A stretch of 40,092 nt of DNA from an uncultured Eubacteriaceae bacterium. GTDB taxonomy: Bacteria > Bacillota > Clostridia > Lachnospirales > CAG-274. The stretch's first letter is position 1. Each line of letters starts with the position of its first letter. The stretch is taken from assembly GCA_947565475.1 (NCBI GenBank), contig CANOGI010000001.1:1-40092 (forward strand), written 5' to 3'. Under the pieces are notes generated by a model. The model saw nothing but the letters and a program-made list of their open reading frames with translations, was not told the origin of the DNA and did not search any database. Below are positions 1 to 10,122 of the stretch, in pieces. The position numbers and the translations under genes are program-made.

Positions 1-1
1 T

Positions 2-502
2 ATTGACAGCGAATATGTGAATCCTTTTTTAAACGCCGACCCTATTAAATTTGTCGAGAAATTTGTCGCCCTCCACTATAGAGCGGATGTGGAAAAGGTA
101 ATTATGTCAGAGGGAGAAAATCTTTTGGAAGTTACTTTTGGAGAGGAAGAGGCGAAAGAAAATTCTGAAAATGGAAACAGCCGTTTTAACGATGACAGGA
201 AAGCGTATTTGAATGGCATGGAATTTGATAAAAGTTCATTTTCTGATTTTTTTGAGCTTCTCGCGGGTATTACTTTTGATAAAGTTGATGAAAACGCCAA
301 AGCTGTTTCAGAAAATCCAGAAGTTGTTATCAAATATACTCTTAGAGACGGTTCTTTTGACGAGGTTAAGTTTTTACCTTATAACGAGAGTTTTTATTTA
401 GTAGAGGACAGACCTATTAAAGGTATGCTTGTGAGCAAACAGAAAGTCAGAAGAGTTTTTGAGAAGGCGGAAAGTCTTTTAGAAAGCACGAAGAGCGATT
501 GA
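2..502 (+). CDS. hypothetical protein, C-terminal fragment (5' end outside window)
   Basis: The frame is open from the window edge: codons IDSEY precede the GTG at 17 used by the ORF track. Stop at 500-502. No motif I can name. Confidence 0.45.
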   Translation: MDSEYVNPFLNADPIKFVEKFVALHYRADVEKVIMSEGENLLEVTFGEEEAKENSENGNSRFNDDRKAYLNGMEFDKSSFSDFFELLAGITFDKVDENAKAVSENPEVVIKYTLRDGSFDEVKFLPYNESFYLVEDRPIKGMLVSKQKVRRVFEKAESLLESTKSD

Positions 503-550
503 GTATCGGCGTTTATCTAAAAATTATTTAAGGAAACACCTACAAATTAA

Positions 551-732
551 AAATAAAAATAATTTTAGCGAGAGCGGGCGGATAGTCAGTGCTTTTGCCG
601 CGCGAAAGTCGGCTAAAAGCCGCCCGCGCATCTTCGCGGTACCTATTTAGCGTAAGTGTGGGATTTTTAATCCTACTTAGACAAAAACGCTTTTTCGTTA
701 GAGCGTATTTTTTAGTAAAATTATTTTTATTT
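551..732. repeat. R-F: 182-bp element bounded by inverted repeats
   Basis: Perfect 17-bp terminal inverted repeats AAATAAAAATAATTTTA (551-567) and TAAAATTATTTTTATTT (716-732). Internal GC stem GCGGGCGG (574-581) / CCGCCCGC (620-627). An internal segment (AGTCAGTGCTTTTG...AAAGTCGGCT...GCCGCCCGC) recurs inverted at about 18296-18350. Confidence 0.6.
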
Positions 733-754
733 CCTCTTTGTGAGGTGCTTTCTT

Positions 755-814
755 AACTGATTAAGGAAATTTCGTTTAAGTGGAGGCGCCTACTTTTGCA
801 TTCAGGTGAGTGGA
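755..814 (+). repeat. R-A family, 5' fragment (degenerate)
   Basis: AACTGATTAAGGAAAT...CTTTTGCATTCAGGTGAGTG aligns with the first ~60 nt of the R-A copy at 12616. It breaks off next to the R-B copy starting at 825. Confidence 0.4.
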
Positions 815-824
815 AATTCCCACT

Positions 825-989
825 TATAGTCAAACCGCTTGAAAAATGAATAAGTTCGGCGGCTAAAAATTATTTTTGCCACGTTAGCGTTAATCGGCAT
901 AGGTTTTAGGCTATACCCTCTTTCCTCTGCTTTGAAAAAATAATTTTTATGTAATTTATTTGTATTCTATTTCCGATTGCTTATAATTA
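825..989 (-). repeat. R-B family MITE-like element, unfilled copy (~165 bp)
   Basis: It starts TATAGTCAAACCGCTTGAAAAATGAATAAGTTCGG, matching the reverse complement of the right end at 38866-38903. The core (...GCGTTAATCGGCATAGG...) is the reverse complement of the core at 12520-12590 and 38640-38710. The far terminal repeat is degenerate. It carries no nested element. Confidence 0.6.
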
Positions 990-1195
990 TTTTACTATTT
1001 CTCTATGGACGCTAAAAATTACTTTTATTTGACAACAAGATAAAATTTACTTATAATTAGAATTAGAGGAATTTAAGAAATAGGTAATATAATTTATCAG
1101 AATTTTGATAGATATAAAAGTCTGAGGGTATCTGAGAATTAAAATTTTATATAAATTAGTTTTCCGTATTCATACGGGTTGGTCAGGGACTATCT

Positions 1196-1290
1196 TAAAA
1201 CAAAAATACGCGTGAGAAATTATAAAAAAGTAAAACAAGCTTAAATTATGTTTGTTCTATTTTTCATAATTTTTTGGATATTTTCACTTT
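1196..1290 (+). repeat. R-H family core segment
   Basis: AAATACGCGTGAGAAATTATAAAAAAGTAAAA...TTTGGATATTTTCAC closely matches 34676-34750 (AAATACGCGCGAGAAATTATAAAAAAGCAAAA...TTTGGATATTCAGCC). The element ends here (about 1127 and 1369) are only weakly recognisable. Confidence 0.5.
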
Positions 1291-1405
1291 ATAAAAAGCA
1301 AAAGCGTTTTTTGCCGTTAAAATTTTATTAGATTTTAACAAAATAGACGTATAGTTTGAGACAGAACCCTAAGAAAGAGAATATATCCGTGAAAGAGGTG
1401 TTTTG

Positions 1406-3730
1406 ATGGGACTTCAACAAGGAGAGAATAAAAAATATAAGGTTCTAAAAGGGAAAAAAATTTATGAGAAGGGCAGACCTATTAATGAACTTGGTTTGGT
1501 TCTTAAAGGGAGAGCATCGGCTATCGGTGTGTTTGGAAAAATCTTATGGGGTTCCGGGGCCGTATTGGGGCTTTCGGATATTGTAAATGATAATTATATT
1601 TTTGACTATATCGCCGAGGAGGACTGCGAGATTCTCGCTTACTCAATTAATGAGAACTATGATGTTGAATCCGTTATTGAGGAGAATATACAATTCTCTG
1701 GACTTATGATTTCAACAGTTACGAAACAGGCGTCAGCTATGGTTTCCGTTTATGACGATTTTGTTTCTCAGTGTTCTTCTTTATATGACGCTCTGGACGA
1801 AAATAGAGGTGAATATTTAGGGCACTGTAAGAAATTTTCAGTTGTTCCGGGAGATATTGAGGAAGTTAAAATCGATCAAATCCCTGAGCCGGGGCAAAAC
1901 GCTACCATTGAGTTAATGGATTATTGCAGGAATCTTAATGGAATTCCTCTTGACTCTTTAAAAGCGTTTTTTTCTGGAAACAGTAATGTTACTTATTATA
2001 ACGTTCTTATTACAAGCAGGCTTATTAAAGATTTAAACTCCGCTATATTAAGTATGATTAAATATATGCATACATACAAAGGACTGCTTATTGGAACAGA
2101 GAAAAAAGATTTATTTTATAATTATTCCACTCTTGCTCTTGAGGTGGGGAAAAAAGGCGTTGATATTTCCGTTATTTTGAGAGGCATAGATAAAATCACG
2201 GAAGCCGTGAAAGATATAAGCATGCTTGACAAAAATACGGTTGAAGTCGCCCTTAAAGACCATCAGGAGAGAATGGACTTTCTTTACAAGGTTCCTAATG
2301 AGGAAAGCGAGGAAGATGAGAGCGAATTTAAGCTTCGTTTAATGTATACCGAAAGTGAGATTATGACGGCGAGAAGCGACCTTAAAAATTCACTCGAGCG
2401 TATTTTAGGGTATACAAGTTTTGAGGATGAGAAAAAAGATAATTTCATCCGTCTTGTAACCGCTTACGGAAATCTTAAAGACCGCTCAAGTTCGGACGAC
2501 AACGCCGTGAGTATAAGAAGGCAGATTACAAAGATTTTTTATGAGATTTATGAAGAGGTGTTCTTTAACTATGTGGACAAAGACGCGGCGGACCCTATAA
2601 TAGATATGTTCTTAAATTTTGGGTTTATAGATGAGAGGCTTATTGACGAGTCTCAGGCTTTAGACCTTTATTATTTAAACAAGTCTACAGGGGATAAAAG
2701 GATTTTTATGCTTAAAGACTGGCTCACCGCTATTTACAGGGGCGAGGAGGAACCGTCTAAAAGCGAGTTTGACATAGATTATCAGGAGAATTTAAGGGAA
2801 ATTAAAAGAAACCAGCTTTTAACTCCTGAACAGGAGAGAGCTTATCTTTCAGACCAAAAGGGAAAAGTTCTTTATGAGATTAATAATATGGTTAAGGCTA
2901 CGAACAAAATTACTTTCGGAAGAGTAAGCACTTTTTGTCCGGTACTTTCAAAACACACTCTCTGTGATGATTTGCAAAGGGCCTATGTTTCCCCTGACAG
3001 AATAAACAGTATTATAAACAAAGTAGTTAAAATAGATTATTCTTTATTTTATAGAGAATGTATGTATCAAAACAATACTATTGATAACAATAATGAGCGA
3101 ATTATGAAAGAGGTCAGACCTTATTTTATACTTATGCCCAATTTTGGAACGAGATGTATTATGTGGCAGGATATCGCCGGCAGAAAAAAGGACACGCCCG
3201 CGAGACTTGTTATATCCGCGTTTAATCTTGAGGACCTTAACGAGATTCTAATATCGACGTTCGCGAGATTCAGATGGGAACTATGCAAAAATATGCAGGG
3301 GGTAAGGTGGAGCGATATTACAAGCAAATCCCTTACAAGCGAGTATTATGACTATCTCCAATTTTATAAGAAAAACAGGGATTTGAGCGAAAAATCTAAG
3401 GAAAAAGTAAAACTTATAGTTCAGAAAAAATCTAACAATTTTAAAGAGGTCTTTGTATATGATTATCTTCAGTGGATTAAATATGAGGCGAATGGTTCCC
3501 CGAGGCTTAATTCTTTTGCCAGAACTATTTTATTCACGTATTGTCCGTTCCCTATGGAGATGAGAAACAATCTCGCCGAAAACCCAATGTATGGACAAAT
3601 TATAAAGAAATTTGAGCGGGACAGAGAGGCAAAACTTAAAAGATATGAAAATGTAAGGCTGAATATTTTAAAAGACAACGGTGTGCCGGGAGAAGATTTT
3701 GACAACAATATAAGATTTTTCAAAATGTGA
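1406..3730 (+). CDS. large hypothetical protein with possible N-terminal cyclic-nucleotide-binding-like (Crp-type) domain
   Basis: 775-aa ORF. The GAGGTG RBS at 1395-1400 favours ATG 1406 over TTG 1403. The N-terminal ~110 aa show a cNMP-binding-like beta-barrel pattern (VLKGKKIYEKG...LGLVLKGRA...GAVLGLSDI). The rest is long and helical with no signal peptide and no motif I recognise. Confidence 0.6.
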   Translation: MGLQQGENKKYKVLKGKKIYEKGRPINELGLVLKGRASAIGVFGKILWGSGAVLGLSDIVNDNYIFDYIAEEDCEILAYSINENYDVESVIEENIQFSGLMISTVTKQASAMVSVYDDFVSQCSSLYDALDENRGEYLGHCKKFSVVPGDIEEVKIDQIPEPGQNATIELMDYCRNLNGIPLDSLKAFFSGNSNVTYYNVLITSRLIKDLNSAILSMIKYMHTYKGLLIGTEKKDLFYNYSTLALEVGKKGVDISVILRGIDKITEAVKDISMLDKNTVEVALKDHQERMDFLYKVPNEESEEDESEFKLRLMYTESEIMTARSDLKNSLERILGYTSFEDEKKDNFIRLVTAYGNLKDRSSSDDNAVSIRRQITKIFYEIYEEVFFNYVDKDAADPIIDMFLNFGFIDERLIDESQALDLYYLNKSTGDKRIFMLKDWLTAIYRGEEEPSKSEFDIDYQENLREIKRNQLLTPEQERAYLSDQKGKVLYEINNMVKATNKITFGRVSTFCPVLSKHTLCDDLQRAYVSPDRINSIINKVVKIDYSLFYRECMYQNNTIDNNNERIMKEVRPYFILMPNFGTRCIMWQDIAGRKKDTPARLVISAFNLEDLNEILISTFARFRWELCKNMQGVRWSDITSKSLTSEYYDYLQFYKKNRDLSEKSKEKVKLIVQKKSNNFKEVFVYDYLQWIKYEANGSPRLNSFARTILFTYCPFPMEMRNNLAENPMYGQIIKKFERDREAKLKRYENVRLNILKDNGVPGEDFDNNIRFFKM

Positions 3731-3798
3731 CAAGTCAGAGATGAATACAGCGTTAAAATTTAAAAAAATGAGTTTTTTCGTCGCGGTTTAATTTTATA

Positions 3799-3827
3799 TT
3801 GAGATTTTTCTTCAGATATGTTAAAAT
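3799..3827 (+). promoter_or_regulatory. candidate sigma-A promoter for the polysaccharide operon
   Basis: TTGAGA (3799-3804), 17-bp spacer, TAAAAT (3822-3827) preceded by TGT (extended -10 type). It lies 77 nt upstream of the ATG at 3904. Confidence 0.4.
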
Positions 3828-3903
3828 AAATTGGTGTTTAATATGACGGGGGTATATTTAGGAAACAGCCCGCGTATTTGAGCTAAGAAAGGTTGTTGTT
3901 TTA

Positions 3904-5160
3904 ATGCGTAAGGTGCTTATGATTGCTAATCAATTCCCTCCGATGGGGGGGTCGGGAGTTCAGCGCAGTGTTAAATTTGTTAAATATCTCCGTAATTTCG
4001 GCTATGAGCCTGTCGTGTTTACAAGAAAGGAAAAAGGACTTATTCTTAAAGACGAAACTCTTTTAAAAGATATTCCGGAAGGTGTGGAAATTATCAGAAC
4101 AGCTCCTTTTGATTTTACGGAGTGGAAATCGATTTTTAAAATTCCCGGAAAAGTTTTAGGTCTTAAAGTATTTATTCCCGACAGCGCATGGCTTTGGAGT
4201 GTTATATCGAGAAAAAGAGCCATCAAAGCGATTACTGATATGAATATAAAAATAATTTATACAACAAGCGCGCCTTACAGTGACCATTTGCTTGGATTAT
4301 ATATTAAAAAGAAGTTTCCTGATATTGTATGGATTGCCGATTTTAGAGACGAGTGGACGAATAACCCGTATACTCTTGACAATCCAAGATGGTGGTTTAG
4401 AACAGGAAAGGAAAAGAAAATGGAAGCGGAGGTTCTGAGAAAAGCCGACGCTCTTATCGCCAACACTCCTGTTATGAAGCGGAACTTTGTTGAGAACAAT
4501 AATCTTGACACGGATAATTTTTTCGTCATACCAAACGGGTATGACTTAGGGGATTTTGAGAAACTTGATTTGTCAAAGCCCAATAATGAGAAATTTACTT
4601 TAACTTATACAGGCGCTTTATACGGAAGAAGAAAGCCGGATACCTTTTTTAAGGCTTTATCTGAGCTTATTTCGGAAAAAAAGATTGACGGGGATAAAAT
4701 TTCCGTTAACCTTATCGGAAATTTTTACAAAGAAAAGCTTCAGGCTCAGATTGACAGCTTCTCTCTCACAGGACAGGTAAATATTGTAGGATATGTTCCT
4801 CATGACGAGTGTATTAAAAGACAGCTTCAGTCGGATGTACTTGTACTTATAGAGGGTACGGGAAGAGGGGCGGACGCTTTTTATACAGGGAAAATTTTTG
4901 AGTATATGAATACTGACAGGCCTGTCCTCGCTATTTTGCCTGAGAAGGGCGCCGCCGCCGACCTGGTTAGAAAAACAAAAATAGGCGATGTCGCTCACAC
5001 TGACGACGTTTCAGCGATTAAAAACGTTATTTTTGACTATTACGGCAAATGGCGCGACAATAATCTTATATTCGCGCCGGACAGAACGGAAATAGAGAAA
5101 TATGAGAGATACGAGCTTACGAAAAAGCTCGCTTCTGTTTTTGACAGATATTATCATTAA
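3904..5160 (+). CDS. glycosyltransferase (GT-B fold, GT4-like)
   Basis: The N-terminus MRKVLMIANQFPPMGGSGVQRSVKFVKYL is typical of GT4 N-terminal domains. The C-terminal half has a GT-B nucleotide-sugar-binding pattern (TGKIFEYMNTDRPVLAI). Confidence 0.75.
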   Translation: MRKVLMIANQFPPMGGSGVQRSVKFVKYLRNFGYEPVVFTRKEKGLILKDETLLKDIPEGVEIIRTAPFDFTEWKSIFKIPGKVLGLKVFIPDSAWLWSVISRKRAIKAITDMNIKIIYTTSAPYSDHLLGLYIKKKFPDIVWIADFRDEWTNNPYTLDNPRWWFRTGKEKKMEAEVLRKADALIANTPVMKRNFVENNNLDTDNFFVIPNGYDLGDFEKLDLSKPNNEKFTLTYTGALYGRRKPDTFFKALSELISEKKIDGDKISVNLIGNFYKEKLQAQIDSFSLTGQVNIVGYVPHDECIKRQLQSDVLVLIEGTGRGADAFYTGKIFEYMNTDRPVLAILPEKGAAADLVRKTKIGDVAHTDDVSAIKNVIFDYYGKWRDNNLIFAPDRTEIEKYERYELTKKLASVFDRYYH

Positions 5161-5251
5161 TGAGACCGCCTATTAACTTATATCAGAAAAACAACGAATT
5201 TAAAGAACGGTTAATTATGGGGTTTCTTAACCTTTGGGGTGTGATTTTATA

Positions 5252-6382
5252 ATGAAGGTACTTCACCTTATAAGCGGAGGAGATACGGGGGGCGCCAAAA
5301 CTCACGTTCTGACGCTTTTACCGAGGCTTATGGAAATAGGCGTGGAGGTAGAGCTTCTCTGCATTATGGAAGGGGTATTTACCCAGGAAGCGCGAAAACT
5401 TAATATACCTGTCAATATCATTCCGCAGAAAAAGCGATATGATATAACCGTTGTAAAAAAGATAAGCGGGTTTATAAACGGCAATAATTTTGATATTGTT
5501 CATTGTCACGGAGCGAGGGCGAATTATATCGCCGCTTTTATAAGAAAAAAGATAAACGCCGTTATGATTACAACTTTGCACAGCGATTATAAGCTGGATT
5601 TTAAAGACACATGGTACAAACAGATAATTTATGAGCCTATTAATTATTTCGCTCTTAAAAAATTCGGTTATATACTCACTGTGACGAAAGCTTTCAAGAA
5701 TATGATGATTGAGAGAGGATTTAAAAGTGAGAGGCTTTTTGTAGTGTACAACGGAATTAACTTTGATTATAACCCTTATTTTATCTCAAAAAAGGAATTT
5801 TGTGAAAAATATAAAATAAGTTATGACGAGAACGCGAAATATGTGGGAATCGCGGCGAGGCTCAACGCTGTCAAGGGTATAGATATTTTTTTGAAAACCG
5901 CTTTTGATATATGCTCTAAAAAGGAAAATATTAATTTTATTATCGCGGGGGACGGCGATGATTTTGAGAGATATAAAGGAGAAATCCGCGCTAAGGGGTT
6001 TTCAGACCGAATTTTTATGATTGGGCACATTGATGACACTGACAGTTTTTTTAACGCTGTTGATGTGAATATGCTAACGTCTTTAAGCGAAAGTTTTCCT
6101 TATTCCCTTCTTGAGGGGGCGAGGATGAGAAAAGCTACTGTATGTACCGGAGTCGGAGGGATTCCTGAAATGATTATAGACGGGGAAACGGGTTTTTTGG
6201 TTTCTCCATATAATATTTCGGATATTTCTAAAAAGGTTATGGGTCTTATATCAGACCAAAATCTTTCCGAAAGTTTTGGAAACGCTTTTTATAATCGGGC
6301 AAAAGAAAATTTCTCCGATGTGAAAATGGCGAGAACCCACAAAAACATTTATGATAAAATTATAAAGGAGAAAAAGCGATGA
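5252..6382 (+). CDS. glycosyltransferase family 4 (group 1)
   Basis: MKVLHLISGGDTGGAKTHVL N-terminus. The E-x7-E region reads SESFPYSLLEGARMRKATVCTGVGGIPEMIIDGETGFLV. ATG 5252 is preferred over the TTG 5234 of the ORF track. Confidence 0.85.
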   Translation: MKVLHLISGGDTGGAKTHVLTLLPRLMEIGVEVELLCIMEGVFTQEARKLNIPVNIIPQKKRYDITVVKKISGFINGNNFDIVHCHGARANYIAAFIRKKINAVMITTLHSDYKLDFKDTWYKQIIYEPINYFALKKFGYILTVTKAFKNMMIERGFKSERLFVVYNGINFDYNPYFISKKEFCEKYKISYDENAKYVGIAARLNAVKGIDIFLKTAFDICSKKENINFIIAGDGDDFERYKGEIRAKGFSDRIFMIGHIDDTDSFFNAVDVNMLTSLSESFPYSLLEGARMRKATVCTGVGGIPEMIIDGETGFLVSPYNISDISKKVMGLISDQNLSESFGNAFYNRAKENFSDVKMARTHKNIYDKIIKEKKR

Positions 6383-6894
6383 AATTTATAGATGAAAAAG
6401 GAAAATTATTTGGCGTTATCAATGTTGTTGACTTAATTGTAATTGTTTTGATTTTATCCATTATCGGCGGAATCGGCTATAGAGTTATTTCCTCAAGGGT
6501 GAACGCGAGCGGGGGAAATGTTTTAGGCGGTGAGAAAGAGGTTTATGTTACTTTATACGCTCAGCAGCAGATTCCGGAGGTCGCTGACTCCATTAAAAAA
6601 GGCGACAAGCTTGTGGCGAATAATCAATATACTAACGCTGAGGTTGTGGAGGTAGTGGATGTACAGCCAGCGGCGACGGTTAATCCAAATTCGGACGGGC
6701 AGTCTGTCAAATCAACACATCCTTTATGGAAAGATATAACAATAACCATCAAAGACAAGGTTAATCCGTCAAACGTTATCCTTAAAGCGGGTGAGCAGGA
6801 GATAAGAATAGGATATCCTTTTATATTTAAAACTCAGACTGTCGAGGCGAACAGCAGGATTACAAAAATTGAAATTAAAGACGCCGAGGAATAA
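6379..6894 (+). CDS. DUF4330-like membrane-anchored protein
   Basis: The N-terminus MKFIDEKGKLFGVINVVDLIVIVLILSIIGG resembles DUF4330 proteins of Firmicutes wall-polysaccharide loci (from memory). ATGA start/stop overlap with the upstream gene. Confidence 0.55.
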   Translation: MKFIDEKGKLFGVINVVDLIVIVLILSIIGGIGYRVISSRVNASGGNVLGGEKEVYVTLYAQQQIPEVADSIKKGDKLVANNQYTNAEVVEVVDVQPAATVNPNSDGQSVKSTHPLWKDITITIKDKVNPSNVILKAGEQEIRIGYPFIFKTQTVEANSRITKIEIKDAEE

Positions 6895-6918
6895 ACGGCA
6901 AGGAACAGGAGGCGCTTT

Positions 6919-7467
6919 ATGCTTAATATCATAGAAAAAAGTTTTTGTTTTTCCTTTATGGTTAAATTTTTTTCTTTCTTTTCAGACAGTTTTAATAAAA
7001 GCGTATTTAAGAATTTTTTGATTAGGCTTAAAGCTGTTTTTAAAACCTGCGAGACATACAAAGTTATCAAGAATTATTTTGACAAAAGTCCTTATTTTTT
7101 CAATTCGGTATTATACAGAGGAATTAAATTTATCGGAAGGAGAACCTCAAAGGCCGCGGATAAACTGAATGGTTTTATAGTAAAGGTTTATAATGGCAGT
7201 TTTATTGAGAAAATTGTCTCTTTTTATAAATCGGAAGACACGCCGGACAAGTTTACCGCCGTTGGGCTGTTTTTTATGGTCGTTTCCCTTTCTTATCTTA
7301 TTTTCTCCATTATTTTTGGGGTAAATTATGAATACAGGATTTTTATTTCATGGGGATTGTTTTTTCTCGGGATTTTAACCGTTTCCGCGGGAAAGAATAT
7401 TGATTTGGTCAAAAGAAGCTTTATGTACAGAATAGTTAAATATATAGTTGAGTTGGTGAAAATGTGA
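6919..7467 (+). CDS. hypothetical membrane protein
   Basis: 182-aa ORF with two C-terminal hydrophobic helices. It overlaps the next gene by 4 nt (GTGA). No named motif. Confidence 0.55.
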   Translation: MLNIIEKSFCFSFMVKFFSFFSDSFNKSVFKNFLIRLKAVFKTCETYKVIKNYFDKSPYFFNSVLYRGIKFIGRRTSKAADKLNGFIVKVYNGSFIEKIVSFYKSEDTPDKFTAVGLFFMVVSLSYLIFSIIFGVNYEYRIFISWGLFFLGILTVSAGKNIDLVKRSFMYRIVKYIVELVKM

Positions 7468-8840
7468 GAAAGTATTTTATTTGGATTTTATTGGCTGTCG
7501 GAGCGCTTTTCGGACTTTTAACGACATTTTACGGCATAGCGGTTTTTTTCGCTGTTATGGCCGCCGCCGTTGTCTGCGGTGTTATATTATCCGACTATGA
7601 GAGAGCGACTTATATTTTAGGCGCTTATTCCGTGATAGATTTCGCGTTGAGGTCTTTTTCCGATTTTCTCGGCGGGATATGGGACGAGTTATTTTTAATT
7701 TTACTTATAGCTCTTTGGGGCTTTAAATGGATTTTATACAGAAAAGAGGAGGGGTTTAAAATGACTCCTCTTGATTTGCCCGTATTCATTTTTATAACGG
7801 CTATGGTTTTTGTACTTATTGTGAACTCTCCGGATTTTTCTATTTCTCTTGAGGGATTTAGGGCTGTTGTACAATATGTTTTATGGTATTTTATTGTTAT
7901 TCAGCTTTTAAGAACGGAAAAAGGCGCTAAAAATCTCTGTATGCTATTTATCCTTGTGTGTTTCGCTCTCGCCCTGCACGGGGTTTATCAATATATAATA
8001 GGCGTCGAGATGCCGGCCGGCTGGGTAGACAGCAAGGAAGCGGGGGTAAGAACAAGGGTTTACTCTATCCTTGGAAGTCCTAACGTTTTCGGAAGCCTTA
8101 TGACTTTGGCAACCCCTATCGCCGTGAGTTTTGTTTTCTCAATGAAAAGATTTAAAAGCAAAGTGTTTTTCGCCTTTGTATCATTTGTTATGGCCCTGAG
8201 CCTTTTATTCACTTTTTCAAGAGGCGCTTGGATTGGGTTTATGGTCGCCGCCTTTTTATATGTGCTTATTAAAGATAAAAGATTTTTAATACCTATAGTT
8301 ATCGGGGCCGTTTTTTTAATCGCTTTTGTTCCAAGTGTATCCAACCGTATTACTTATATGCTCAGTTCAGAGTATATTGAGAGCAGTCTAAGGGGAGGGC
8401 GTCTTGTAAGGTGGCTTACGGGAATAGATATTGTTAAAGCCAATCCCTTTGTTGGAGTGGGACACGGTCATTTCGGCGGGGCCGTGGCTATGAATCATGG
8501 TTTGTCTTATTTGGTTGGCATAAGCGTTCATAAAACTTTTTATATGGATAACTATTTTCTGAAAACCGCTGTGGAAACGGGGCTTTTAGGACTTTCAGCC
8601 TTTGTTGTCCTTATATATCAGATTATTGTAAATTGTGTGAGAACTATAAGAATTACTTTTGACAAATCTTTAAAAGAACTTGAGATAGGTATTTTCGCCG
8701 GACTTGTAGGAGTTATTTGCCATAACTTCGTTGAGAATATTTTTGAGGTGCCTATGATGACGTCATGTTTTTGGACGCTTACGGCGGTTATGATGCATTT
8801 ATGGTATTTAAGTTATAAAAAGAAACAGGCTCTTGTATAG
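7464..8840 (+). CDS. O-antigen ligase / polymerase family membrane protein (Wzy_C-like)
   Basis: Polytopic membrane protein with about 10 or more hydrophobic segments and the characteristic FSRGAWIGF loop region. GTG start, translationally coupled to the upstream gene. Confidence 0.8.
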   Translation: MRKYFIWILLAVGALFGLLTTFYGIAVFFAVMAAAVVCGVILSDYERATYILGAYSVIDFALRSFSDFLGGIWDELFLILLIALWGFKWILYRKEEGFKMTPLDLPVFIFITAMVFVLIVNSPDFSISLEGFRAVVQYVLWYFIVIQLLRTEKGAKNLCMLFILVCFALALHGVYQYIIGVEMPAGWVDSKEAGVRTRVYSILGSPNVFGSLMTLATPIAVSFVFSMKRFKSKVFFAFVSFVMALSLLFTFSRGAWIGFMVAAFLYVLIKDKRFLIPIVIGAVFLIAFVPSVSNRITYMLSSEYIESSLRGGRLVRWLTGIDIVKANPFVGVGHGHFGGAVAMNHGLSYLVGISVHKTFYMDNYFLKTAVETGLLGLSAFVVLIYQIIVNCVRTIRITFDKSLKELEIGIFAGLVGVICHNFVENIFEVPMMTSCFWTLTAVMMHLWYLSYKKKQALV

Positions 8841-8985
8841 ACGGCGGTTAAGCCAATATTGCCTCATATATAAGCGGGCTATTGTCAGGCGTATGAGGGA
8901 TTTTTCAAGAGGCGGGGCAGTGTAAGACTTTCGTCCAATGGGTGTTACTGTTAAAAATTTATTTCTGTGTTTGGAAGGGAACCTT

Positions 8986-10122
8986 ATGATTAATATATTG
9001 ATTGCGGGATACCACGGTTATGGAAACTGCGGAGACGAGGCGACTTTACAGGCTATGACCGTAAATATAAAGGCCATGGCGAAAGACGTTAAAATTACCG
9101 CTCTTTCCTTTAAACCCGAGCTTACTAAAACTGAATACAATATTGAGTCCGTTCAAAGGTTTAATGTTTTGCAGGTCTTTAACGCTATAAGACGCAGCGA
9201 CATTATTTTAAGCGGAGGCGGTACCCTTTTGCAGGACGACACAAGCACCCGTTCTCTTTTATATTATTTAAGTATTATTAAGGTCGCTAAAATGCTTCAC
9301 AAGAGAGTAATGCTTTACGCCAACGGAATCGGACCCGTACATGGAAAAATTAACAGAAAGCTTATAAAGTATGTTGTGAACAATGTTGATTTTATCACCC
9401 TTAGAGAGAGTATGTCGGCAAAAGACCTTGAGGAGCTGGGAGTAAAAAAGCCGGAGACACGTATTACGGCGGACCCCGCTTTTACTCTTAAATCCGCTGA
9501 TGATAAAAGAATATCGGAGATTTTTGCTGAGGAAAATATTCCCCTTGATAAAGATATTATAGGCGTTTCCGTCAGAAACTGGAATGGTTTTGGCGGAGAG
9601 GGATATATTGAGAGAATCGCTTCTGTATGCGACAAATTCGCGAGAGAGGGCAAAACCATTTTGCTTATTCCGATGCAGTTTCCAAAGGACGTGCCTATTT
9701 CCAAGAGGCTTATGGGCGTTATGACGGAGAAGTCATATATTTTAAAAAACAAATACGCTCCGGCGGAGATTTTGGGGATTATAGGCAAGGTTCATATTAT
9801 GCTCAGCATGAGGCTTCACACTCTTATTTTCGCCGGCGTTAAACGAGTGCCTATGGCGGGGGTTATTTACGCTTCCAAAGTTGATTATTATCTTAAAGTT
9901 TTGGATATGCCGTCAGGGGGCGACATAAGGAGTTCTGATATTGACGAAAGAGAGCTTTATCAATGTATTTCCGATATTTTTAACAATTATAACGAGTATG
10001 TGTCAAGGCTTGATAAAAGAGTTGAGGTTCTTGAGCGCAAAGCTCATGAGAATGATGTTTTCCTTAACGGGCAGTTAGATTTAATACGTAGGGAAATGAG
10101 GGATAAAAAAAATGAGAAATAA
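8986..10122 (+). CDS. csaB: polysaccharide pyruvyl transferase CsaB
   Basis: MINILIAGYHGYGNCGDEATLQAM N-terminus and GGGTLLQDDTS motif, typical of CsaB. GGAAGGGA RBS at 8973-8980 supports ATG 8986 rather than 8938. Confidence 0.8.
   Translation: MINILIAGYHGYGNCGDEATLQAMTVNIKAMAKDVKITALSFKPELTKTEYNIESVQRFNVLQVFNAIRRSDIILSGGGTLLQDDTSTRSLLYYLSIIKVAKMLHKRVMLYANGIGPVHGKINRKLIKYVVNNVDFITLRESMSAKDLEELGVKKPETRITADPAFTLKSADDKRISEIFAEENIPLDKDIIGVSVRNWNGFGGEGYIERIASVCDKFAREGKTILLIPMQFPKDVPISKRLMGVMTEKSYILKNKYAPAEILGIIGKVHIMLSMRLHTLIFAGVKRVPMAGVIYASKVDYYLKVLDMPSGGDIRSSDIDERELYQCISDIFNNYNEYVSRLDKRVEVLERKAHENDVFLNGQLDLIRREMRDKKNEK

Noticed and set aside
632-645. GGTACCGCG on the minus strand, resembling part of the T-box sequence
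   Set aside because: The preceding GGGTG is absent, there is no specifier-loop architecture, and no downstream gene lies in that orientation. It sits inside the R-F repeat.
8862-8906. Hairpin CCTCATA...TATGAGG followed by GATTTTT after the O-antigen-ligase-like gene, as an internal operon terminator
   Set aside because: The stem is only 7 bp with a 23-nt loop, and csaB follows within 80 nt in the same orientation. Too weak to call.
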